A stretch of 64,000 nucleotides of DNA from Candidatus Omnitrophota bacterium (GTDB taxonomy: Bacteria > Omnitrophota > Gorgyraeia > Duberdicusellales > 4484-171): positions 304,960-368,959 of the forward strand of contig PMCS01000029.1 in the NCBI GenBank assembly GCA_003154195.1, read 5' to 3'. Below, in pieces: positions 54,626-62,452 of the stretch. The notes beneath the pieces are model-generated. The model was not told the DNA's origin. It saw nothing but the letters and a program-made list of their open reading frames with translations, and did no database searches. Each line of letters opens with the position of its first letter. The first letter of the stretch is position 1. The position numbers and the translations under genes were made by a program.

Positions 54626-55510
54626 ATGGCAAGAAGGAGGCCTAACGGGGTGAAGATAAGCGTTGTTTTACCGGCTTATAACGAGGCGGAAAATTTAAAG
54701 AATATATTGCCCGGAATTCGTAAGACCATGGGCGATGCGGCAGAAATCATCGTAGTGGACGATGCGTCGAGCGACCAAACGGCGCTCGTTGCCAGGGACT
54801 TTGGCGCGACGGTGATAAAAAATCCCTATAATATGGGTAACGGCGCCGCGGTCAAGCGCGGTATCCGCAGGGCCGGCGGCGACATTATCGTGTTGATGGA
54901 TTCTGACGGCCAGCACCGGCCGCAAGATATACCCCTGCTTTTAAAAGAATTGGACGATTTCGATATGGTTATCGGCGCGAGAACCAATTCCCAACAGGTT
55001 TGGTGGCGTAAATCTGCCAACGCGCTTTATAACTGTTTAGCTTCCTATGTTACGGATGTCAAGATCGACGATTTAACTTCGGGATTCCGGGTATTTAAAA
55101 AAGCGCAGGCGCTGAAATTTCTTTATTTGCTGCCTAATACTTTTTCTTACCCCTCAACGTTAACGCTGGCATTTATTAAGGCTTCTTATCCGGTTAAATT
55201 TGTTCCCGTGAATGTTCTTGCTCGGAGCAGGGGGGAAAGCAAGATAAATCTGATTAAAGACGGTTCGCGTTTCCTTTCGATTATTATGAAAATCAGCGTT
55301 TTTTTCGCGCCGCTGAAAGTATTTTTACCGGTTTCTCTGCTTTTCTTTTTTACCGGCCTCGGCTATTATAGTTATACTTTTTTTCTTTTCCACCGTTTTA
55401 CCAACATGAGCGCTCTGCTTTTTACCGCTTCCATTATCATCTTTATGCTTGGGCTTATTTCCGAACAAGTCGCTTCCTTAAAGATGGAAAAGATAGACGA
55501 AGAATCTTAA
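54626..55510 (+). CDS. GT2 polyprenol-phosphate sugar synthase (ArnC/GtrB/DPM1-like) with C-terminal TM anchor
   Basis: ISVVLPAYNEAENL...VVDDASSD...DSDGQH (DxD) with C-terminal TM helices. AAGGAGG lies 11 nt before the GTG at 54650, which may be the true start. Confidence 0.8.
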   Translation: MARRRPNGVKISVVLPAYNEAENLKNILPGIRKTMGDAAEIIVVDDASSDQTALVARDFGATVIKNPYNMGNGAAVKRGIRRAGGDIIVLMDSDGQHRPQDIPLLLKELDDFDMVIGARTNSQQVWWRKSANALYNCLASYVTDVKIDDLTSGFRVFKKAQALKFLYLLPNTFSYPSTLTLAFIKASYPVKFVPVNVLARSRGESKINLIKDGSRFLSIIMKISVFFAPLKVFLPVSLLFFFTGLGYYSYTFFLFHRFTNMSALLFTASIIIFMLGLISEQVASLKMEKIDEES

Positions 55511-55530
55511 CCGGAAAAATACCCCTGCTC

Positions 55531-55556
55531 GCCTCGCTTCGCGAGTCGAAGCGGGC
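55531..55556 (+). promoter_or_regulatory. Conserved hairpin motif GCCTCGCTTCGCGAGTCGAAGCGGGC (copy 2 of 2)
   Basis: CGCTTCG-cgagt-CGAAGCG perfect stem, near-identical to 48206-48230. Confidence 0.5.
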
Positions 55557-55573
55557 TCGCCCGGTTCGACTCA

Positions 55574-55672
55574 TCTCGCTCGCCTCTCGGCGTCCGCCTC
55601 GGCGAGCTTTCGGCCCTCGGCTTTGTCCACCTCGGCAAGTCTTTGGCGAGACGGGCCGAGAGGCGAGCGAGA
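55574..55672. repeat. GC-rich long palindrome with 18-bp terminal stem and internal CTCGGCNAG triplicate
   Basis: TCTCGCTCGCCTCTCGGC at 55574-55591 pairs perfectly with GCCGAGAGGCGAGCGAGA at 55655-55672. The interior holds ctcggcgagcttt / ctcggctttgtcc / ctcggcaagtcttt. Confidence 0.6.
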
Positions 55673-55711
55673 CGGGAAGCTGATGTCGATTCACTTAAAG
55701 AGGATATGGAG

Positions 55712-57205
55712 CAAAAAAAATATAAATTGCCCCTGGTGTTTTTATCGTTGATCTTCTGGGTTTTTATTTTTATCAATATCTCCGGGGATTTTGTTAACTT
55801 CGGCGGCGACAGCAGCCAATACATAATCCTGGCGGAAAGCCTTGCGAGAGGTACGGGGTATCACGCGATCAATCAGCCCGGTTCGCCGTCATTTTTCTAT
55901 TATCCGCCTGTTTTTCCTTTGATTATTTCCCCGATTATTTATTTTTTTGGAAGAAACTTCTATTTAATGTATTTATTGATTGCTGTTTTCGGTTATTTAA
56001 GCTTGATTTTTCTTTACTATTTTTTTAAAACGCAGGCAGGAAGGGATATCGCATTTTTTTCCACGGCCTATTTAGCGTTGAACAACATCTTTATTTTTTA
56101 TTCTTCCGGGGTGATTTTATCGGAAATACCGTATTTATTTTTTTCGTCTTTTGCCCTTTACGCCGCTCATAAATATTTTTACGCGCCGGTATGCTTCGGC
56201 AAAGAAGCGATTTTACTTATCCTGGGTTTAATTGCCGCCTATCTCACGCGTTATATCGGGATAGTTTTATTTCCGGCCACGGTTATTTTTTTGTTCTTCT
56301 CCTGGGATAAGCGAAAGGCAGTTTTTGTCGCTTCTTCTTTTATCGCTTTTTTTATTCTTTGGCAAACTGTTATTAAAGCCGGAGGCGCATCTTCGAGCCT
56401 CCACTATCAACAATTGCTTTTAATCGATCCCTACCGGCCGTTTTTGGGAAATATCTTAACCAACCCGGGTTTTCTTCTTCTCCGTTTTATTGAAGGGATT
56501 AACTATTACGCCTATCTCACCGGAAGCATTTTCCTGCCGGTTTTTTTAAAAGGTTTTTGGGCGCGCAGTTTCTATCCGCCGGCGGTGTTTATTGTGATTA
56601 TTTATGGTGTATGCTGCGATTTTTTCGGGAACCGCAGCCGCTTGCTTCCTTCCTATTTTATTTTTTATTTTCTCCTTACCGTTTTATGGCCGTTTAAGGA
56701 AGGCGTAAGATTTTTAGTGCCTATTTTACCGTTTTTTGTTTACTATATTTTTATTGCGCTTAAATCTTTGACGTCATTTTTAAAAAGCCAGATGATCGCC
56801 CGGTATATTTTTTACGTGCCGGCAATTTTTATTATTTTTTTTTCCAATACCCCGGCTTTCCCCATTAAGCAATACGCTTACCAGGATTTATCTAAGGAGC
56901 TTAAGAATTTTATCGCGCTGCACCTATGGATCAAAAACAATATTCCCGCAAACAGTATTATTGCCGGCCGCAAGCCTACCCTTACTTATTTTTATACCGG
57001 ACGGCAGGCTTTGGACTATCCTTTTACTCTCAACGATGAAGAAATGAAGCAATTCTTCGTCGACAACCATGTTGATTATGTGATCATCGACGAATTTTCT
57101 CAGGAAACCCGCAGCTATCTTCTGCCGTTTTTAAAAAAGTATAACCGTAGTTTCAAGCTAACGTATCGTGTAGGAAATACATTGTTGTTGGAAAAGATAA
57201 AATGA
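55712..57205 (+). CDS. GT39/ArnT-PMT-like polytopic glycosyltransferase
   Basis: GGDSSQYIILAESLARGTGYH first-loop motif and at least 11 TM helices. RBS AAGAGGA before the ATG at 55712. The track ORF starts at 55643, inside the palindrome. Confidence 0.55.
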   Translation, partial: QKKYKLPLVFLSLIFWVFIFINISGDFVNFGGDSSQYIILAESLARGTGYHAINQPGSPSFFYYPPVFPLIISPIIYFFGRNFYLMYLLIAVFGYLSLIFLYYFFKTQAGRDIAFFSTAYLALNNIFIFYSSGVILSEIPYLFFSSFALYAAHKYFYAPVCFGKEAILLILGLIAAYLTRYIGIVLFPATVIFLFFSWDKRKAVFVASSFIAFFILWQTVIKAGGASSSLHYQQLLLIDPYRPFLGNILTNPGFLLLRFIEGINYYAYLTGSIFLPVFLKGFWARSFYPPAVFIVIIYGVCCDFFGNRSRLLPSYFIFYFLLTVLWPFKEGVRFLVPILPFFVYYIFIALKSLTSFLKSQMIARYIFYVPAIFIIFFSNTPAFPIKQYAYQDLSKELKNFIALHLWIKNNIPANSIIAGRKPTLTYFYTGRQALDYPFTLNDEEMKQFFVDNHVDYVIIDEFSQETRSYLLPFLKKYNRSFKLTYRVGNTLLLEKIK

Positions 57206-57220
57206 TGTTATGGTGAATTT

Positions 57221-59374
57221 ATGGCACAGCCGGTTTTTCTTTCGATAATAATCCCTGCTTTTGATGAGGAATGTCGTATTGCCGATTCCCTCAAGGCTCT
57301 TTTTGATTATCTGGGGCGCCGGCCGTTTACCTATGAGGTCATCGTCGTGGATGACGGGTCAAGGGATAATACCGTCAGTCTGGTTAATAATTTCGATAAA
57401 GATTATCATCTAGTTTTGCGTCTGATTGAAAACCATGCCAATCGCGGCAAAGGCTATTCAGTCCGGCAGGGGGTATTAATGAGCGCCGGCGAGTTCGTTA
57501 TCTTTACCGATGCCGATCTCTGCTGCCCGGTGGAAGAGATAGATAAATTAGTCGGTTTACTCCAGGAAGGCAACGATATCGTTATCGGCTCGCGGGCGGT
57601 CAAAGGCGCGAATTTAGTCATCCGGCAGCCATGGTGGCGAGAGGCCATGGGAAGGTGCTTTAACCTTTTAGTGCAAGCGTTTGTTCTTCCGGGAATTTGG
57701 GATACGCAATGCGGTTTTAAAGGGTTCCGGGGGAGCGTGGCCAGGGAGATTTTTTCTAAAGCGTTGATCGATCGTTTTGGTTTCGATGTGGAGATTCTTC
57801 TGTTCGCCCGGCAAAAGGGGTATAAGATTATTGAGGTCGGCGTGGCTTGGCGACACTCCTCTCCTTCCAAGGTCGCCGCTTTGCGCGATTCGCTGCGCAT
57901 GCTTATAGAGTTAGCGCGGATAAAAATGAAATTTAAAAAAGAAAATTTAAATACAAAGAATTTTTCCGGCATAATCTATAAATTATATATTTTTATCATT
58001 GCTTACATTTTACTGGCGGCGTTACCGTTGTTTTTGTACTTAAGCTATCGGCATTCGTTGGGAGCTTATCGGATGATGTGGCTTAATCTGTGGGGAGCAC
58101 ATTATAATTTTTTTCTGGAAACGCCTAAACCGCTGATGGCTTTTTTCGCCGGAGTTATCGGGCCGTCATATTTGTATTTATTCGCCTGTTTGTTTGGAGC
58201 GTTGCTTGTAGTATGCTGGGCGGAGATTTCTTTAGGCATTACGGGAAGTATATGGCACGGTGTGGTTGCTTCTTTCCTGTACTTTTTTACCAGCAAAGAA
58301 GTTTTGATTAATTTCCTTCTGCCGGTTTCCTGGGGTATATTCTATATACCTTTGATATGGTGGTCGGTAACCTTGTTGATACTCCGGCGTTACCGGCCGG
58401 CGGCGGCCATAATGTTTTTATCCGGTTTGTTGAGGCCGGAAAGCTGGCTTTTCGGCATTTTAATGCTCGTCTGGTTCCGGCTGCGCCGCATACCTTTACG
58501 GCCGGTATATTGGCTCGCGGCTTTTGCCCCTTTTATCTGGATGTTGTTTGACTGGCGCATCACCGGTAACCTTTTCGCTTCAGCGTTGATCACGAAACAA
58601 TATGGTGCTTTAACCGGTTTTCCGATTACCACCTTCACGTCGTTTTGGCCGATGCTTATAATGATTACGCCGTATTTATATAACCCGCCGATTTTATTAT
58701 GCGGTTCAATCGGTTTGGGCACCTATGTTTTTCAGAGTATCCGACGCAAGCATCTTTCTGATTACGATATTATTTTTATTTTATCCGCCGCTACCTTAAT
58801 CGGGTATTGGTTGGTAACTATCGGACAGAATATTGTGATATTTCCCAGATTTTTGGTTTTTCCCTACAGTGCGATTTATTTGTTCGCCGGTTTGATGCCG
58901 GCTTTTTTATCGCGGCGGTATATTTTAGGATATTTATTGCTTGCCTTATTATTTATCGCCGCCCGGCCCGAGAAGCTTTTAATCAACGCTGCTCGTAAAT
59001 ACGGCAACGCGCAATCGTCGGCTGATGCCATGCGCGAGGCCGGTGATTTTCTTGAGGGGTATTTTAAACGCCGCCCTTCGCGCGGTAAAATTTTATGCGA
59101 AGCCGGCGCGGATTATTTATCGCTGCGTTTCGGCGAAGATTTTTCCCGCCGGATTATTTTTTTTCGTGAAATCGGCAGCGCGGCGGAATTTGATAAAACG
59201 CAAGTTGGCCTTGCCATATATCAATATTGGAGCGAAATGCCGGTCCACGGCAAATTTTTATTCCTCGGCGGCGGCCGGCGCGTTGTTTTAAATAACCGGT
59301 ATATTTTTACGCCGGTTTTTATCAGCCGGAACCGCTTGGCGATCGTGTATGAAATAAACCGCAAAAGTTTTTAG
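57221..59374 (+). CDS. Fusion protein: N-terminal GT2 polyprenol-phosphate sugar synthase (DPM1-like) + C-terminal ~480-aa polytopic membrane domain
   Basis: LSIIIPAFDEE...VVDDGSRDNT...FTDADL (DxD), then a TM domain whose conserved block MWLNLWGAHYNFFLETPKPLMAFF is paralogous to the protein at 62453-63895. Confidence 0.7.
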   Translation: MAQPVFLSIIIPAFDEECRIADSLKALFDYLGRRPFTYEVIVVDDGSRDNTVSLVNNFDKDYHLVLRLIENHANRGKGYSVRQGVLMSAGEFVIFTDADLCCPVEEIDKLVGLLQEGNDIVIGSRAVKGANLVIRQPWWREAMGRCFNLLVQAFVLPGIWDTQCGFKGFRGSVAREIFSKALIDRFGFDVEILLFARQKGYKIIEVGVAWRHSSPSKVAALRDSLRMLIELARIKMKFKKENLNTKNFSGIIYKLYIFIIAYILLAALPLFLYLSYRHSLGAYRMMWLNLWGAHYNFFLETPKPLMAFFAGVIGPSYLYLFACLFGALLVVCWAEISLGITGSIWHGVVASFLYFFTSKEVLINFLLPVSWGIFYIPLIWWSVTLLILRRYRPAAAIMFLSGLLRPESWLFGILMLVWFRLRRIPLRPVYWLAAFAPFIWMLFDWRITGNLFASALITKQYGALTGFPITTFTSFWPMLIMITPYLYNPPILLCGSIGLGTYVFQSIRRKHLSDYDIIFILSAATLIGYWLVTIGQNIVIFPRFLVFPYSAIYLFAGLMPAFLSRRYILGYLLLALLFIAARPEKLLINAARKYGNAQSSADAMREAGDFLEGYFKRRPSRGKILCEAGADYLSLRFGEDFSRRIIFFREIGSAAEFDKTQVGLAIYQYWSEMPVHGKFLFLGGGRRVVLNNRYIFTPVFISRNRLAIVYEINRKSF

Positions 59375-59491
59375 TTACTTTTTATTTGAACCGCGGAAAT
59401 CCGCCGAATTTATCCGGTGCGCCTGCCCGCGGCAGGTAGGCAGCTGGAATTTTTAAAAAAATTAAAGAAATAGCGGCATTTTTTGGGTTAA

Positions 59492-61096
59492 TTGATTGTT
59501 ATGGCTATATTAGAAAATTTAACTAAACCGGTTTCCCGCAAAACGCAAGGGGCGATCATACTTGGCCTGATCCTTATGCTGTCGTTTCTCGCCAGGCTTC
59601 CTTTTTTAAATGTCCCCTTAGACGGCGACAGCGGAGTTTTTACGGCAATCGGCCGGCTGATTGCCCGGCATGGCCTTCTGCTTTACCGCGATCTTTTCGA
59701 AATTAAACCTCCGGGAATATATTTTTTGTTTGCCGCCTTATTCAAGGTCATTGATTTAGACCTGTTTGGTGTTAACGTGTTCACCGCTTGCTGGAACACG
59801 GCGAATGTATTTTTGGTCTACCTTCTGGCGAAGCGCTTATTTAATAAAAAAACTGCTTTAATCGCGGCATTTTTTTACGGTTTGTTTTCCTCGAGCCCTG
59901 TAATCTCTGGCACTTTTCCTCTCACCGAAAATTTTATGATAACCTTTACAGTGATGGGAGCTTTTTTTGTAATTAAATCAATACAAGAAAACCGCAATTT
60001 TTATTTTCTCGCCGGATTATTTTACGGTGTTGGTTTTCTTTTTAAGCAGATTGCCGCCATGGAGATGTTTGCCGCCGTCATTTTGCTATTTCTGGCATCA
60101 TTCAGGCCGGGGGGGAAAGTAGAAATAAAATATTTTTTACGCGGTTTATTATTTTACTCTGGCGGTCTTATCCTCATCTTCGGCATAAGCGCTTTATATT
60201 TTTTTATAAAAGGCGCCTACAATGATTTTATCTTCTGCGCGCTTATTTATAATTTTAAGTATATAAGCGTAGGCTATCGCAGCCTTAGCAGCTATTGGCT
60301 TCATTTCTTTAATGCTAATTTTGCTATTTTTCGCGCTACGGCGCTATTATGGATAACAAGCGCGATATTTATGGCAGAGACATTTAAGGATATTTTTACG
60401 AAACGCCCGGCCGCCGGAGAAAAACAGGCGGTTCTAAACCGTATTTTTTTGTTAGTTTGGATTATTTTTGCGTTTATAGGCGTTTGTTTAAGCGGCCAAT
60501 TTATCGTCCACTACTATATTGTTTTAATGCCCCCTTTTAGCATAGCTTGCGCCGCGGCTTTAACCCGGCCGTGGGCCGCGCGGCGTAATAGTTTTTATAA
60601 TGCCGTGATGTATATTTTAACGGCCGTATGCGTTATCTACGCGATAGCCGTCCATTATCGGTATTATTTTACCTATAAACCTGAGGAGATTGCGATTAAT
60701 GTTTTTGGGGATTCGCCTTTTAATGAGGCGCGTCAGGTGGGATTATATTTACGCCGGCACACTACCCCCGGCGATTATATTTATAATTGGTCGAAAGAGC
60801 CGGAGATATTCTTTTATACCCGGGCTAAGCCGACAAGCCGTTATCTTTGGTTGTCCCACTACACTGTTTATTATCGCCCCGGCGCGGTAGACGAAGTGGC
60901 TCATGCCTTGGCCGAGCACCCGCCAAAATATATCGTCATCGATACGCATATTGGCCACTGGATACATGAGCCGATATTTAAACCGATCAAAGATTTTTTT
61001 GACCGGAATAAATATATTCCGGAAAAGGATTTTTCCGTAGTGCGAAACGGCAAATTCCAATATAATTTTTTAGTTTCCCGGCGTATAGAAAGGTAA
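59492..61096 (+). CDS. GT39/ArnT-PMT-like polytopic glycosyltransferase
   Basis: LDGDSGVFTAIGRLIARHGLLLYRDLFEIKPPGIYFL matches the D-x-G-x-Y-A-x-I-G-R-x-M-x...-KPPL-x-YWL first-loop pattern of ArnT/PMT_2-like enzymes; about 12 TM helices. Confidence 0.55.
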   Translation: MIVMAILENLTKPVSRKTQGAIILGLILMLSFLARLPFLNVPLDGDSGVFTAIGRLIARHGLLLYRDLFEIKPPGIYFLFAALFKVIDLDLFGVNVFTACWNTANVFLVYLLAKRLFNKKTALIAAFFYGLFSSSPVISGTFPLTENFMITFTVMGAFFVIKSIQENRNFYFLAGLFYGVGFLFKQIAAMEMFAAVILLFLASFRPGGKVEIKYFLRGLLFYSGGLILIFGISALYFFIKGAYNDFIFCALIYNFKYISVGYRSLSSYWLHFFNANFAIFRATALLWITSAIFMAETFKDIFTKRPAAGEKQAVLNRIFLLVWIIFAFIGVCLSGQFIVHYYIVLMPPFSIACAAALTRPWAARRNSFYNAVMYILTAVCVIYAIAVHYRYYFTYKPEEIAINVFGDSPFNEARQVGLYLRRHTTPGDYIYNWSKEPEIFFYTRAKPTSRYLWLSHYTVYYRPGAVDEVAHALAEHPPKYIVIDTHIGHWIHEPIFKPIKDFFDRNKYIPEKDFSVVRNGKFQYNFLVSRRIER

Positions 61097-61261
61097 ATAA
61101 CCTGGATAACTGCCTATACGCCGGGGAAGTCTAAGGTAGAGCCGGGATGGCCGCTTTCAGCGGCTGACTTGCCCGTTTATAAGGAACTTAGCTTTGGCAT
61201 CCATGGTTTTACCGTAAGGAGGGTTTAATCTTTGTCAATTTGCCGCAGGCAAATTAGCGGA

Positions 61262-61298
61262 TAAATTCACCTCGCGGTAAACTGCGAGGTGAATTTAT
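61262..61298 (+). promoter_or_regulatory. 13-bp perfect hairpin enclosing the Shine-Dalgarno of the GT4 gene
   Basis: AAATTCACCTCGC-ggtaaact-GCGAGGTGAATTT. GAGGTG lies in the 3' arm, 8 nt before the ATG at 61299. Confidence 0.5.
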
Positions 61299-62417
61299 AT
61301 GAAAGTGCTTTTTATCAGCCGCAGTTTTCCTCCCTTAAGGGGGGGGATGGAAAAAGTAGCCCATAATCTTTATACCGATTTTTCGGCTAAGGCAAGCGTT
61401 ACGCTTATAAAATGGAGTGGTTCAAAGAAATGGCTTGTGTTCGTTTTGCCGGTTTTTTTTATGAAAAGCGCATGGTATCTTTTGTGTAAAAAAATCGACG
61501 TAATCTATTTATGCGACGGTTTTCTTTCTCTCTTGATACCGTTTTTAAGAATTTTTAAAAAACCGATTATAGTTACCGTTCACGGTTTGGATATAACCTA
61601 CAAAAATAAATCTTATCAGGCGATTATCCCCAAAAAAATAGCCTTAGCGGACAGGGTAGTTTGCGTAAGCCGCGCGACTGCCGGCGAGTGTTTAAAAAGG
61701 AATATCCCGGAGGAAAAGATTTGTATCGTGCCTAACGGTATAAAAGATGAGTTTTATCTGGCCGGGGGTAGGGGAAATTTAAAAGCCGCGCTTGAACGCA
61801 AATTAAAAATAAATATCGGTAACAAAAAAGTGCTGCTCTCCGTGGGGAGGCTTATCGAGCGTAAAGGGATCCATTGGTTTATTAAAGAAATCGTGCCTAA
61901 GATTAAAGCGGATTGCGCCGATTTCGTTTATTTGGTCGCCGGATGCGGCAAAATGGCCGAAGATATCCGGGCGATTATTAAAAATAATGCTTTAGAGAAT
62001 TGGGTGGTTATGGTTGGAGAAGTAAGCGACGAGGAGCTGAAAATTTTATACAACGCGGCTGATATCTTTGTGATGCCTAATATTCCCGTCGCGGGCGATT
62101 TTGAAGGGTTTGGCATTGTGATTCTGGAAGCAGCGAGCTGTGGCCTGGCGGTGGTAGCTTCTGACATGGAAGGCATCAGGGACGCGCTTGGGGATGGAGA
62201 CTGGGGGGTTTTAATTGAGCCGCTTAACGCCGCTAAATTTAGCGGGGAGATTTTGAATTTAATGAGAGATGATGATAGAAGAGCCAACTTGGCTACGCGC
62301 GCCCGGGCCGGCGTAATTGATGTTTTTAATTGGCCGGGCGTCGCGCAAAAATATTTGGATATTTTTAATGAGACTTCGTCGATAATGAAACTTGCCCGGT
62401 ACTCCGGGCCTAGTTGA
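61299..62417 (+). CDS. GT4-family glycosyltransferase (GT-B fold)
   Basis: EX7E-type motif FVMPNIPVAGDFEGFGIVILEAASCGLAVVAS. The last ~17 codons (SSIMKLARYSGPS) are translated from the AATGAGACTT repeat, so the annotated C-terminus is repeat-derived. Confidence 0.75.
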   Translation: MKVLFISRSFPPLRGGMEKVAHNLYTDFSAKASVTLIKWSGSKKWLVFVLPVFFMKSAWYLLCKKIDVIYLCDGFLSLLIPFLRIFKKPIIVTVHGLDITYKNKSYQAIIPKKIALADRVVCVSRATAGECLKRNIPEEKICIVPNGIKDEFYLAGGRGNLKAALERKLKINIGNKKVLLSVGRLIERKGIHWFIKEIVPKIKADCADFVYLVAGCGKMAEDIRAIIKNNALENWVVMVGEVSDEELKILYNAADIFVMPNIPVAGDFEGFGIVILEAASCGLAVVASDMEGIRDALGDGDWGVLIEPLNAAKFSGEILNLMRDDDRRANLATRARAGVIDVFNWPGVAQKYLDIFNETSSIMKLARYSGPS

Positions 62418-62440
62418 ATTATCCCGGAGGGGATAGCCGG
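62367..62440. repeat. AATGAGACTTC-family repeat copy overlapping the GT4 3' end
   Basis: aatgagacttcgtcgataatgaaacttgcccggtactccgggcctagttgaatta, then a cccggagggg hairpin. Confidence 0.65.
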
Positions 62441-62452
62441 ATTAATAAACCG

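Noticed and set aside
55455-55824. Two minus-strand ORFs (79 and 105 aa) rich in Arg/Gly/Ser
   Set aside because: Both are translations of the GC-rich palindromic intergenic element and overlap the ends of flanking plus-strand genes.
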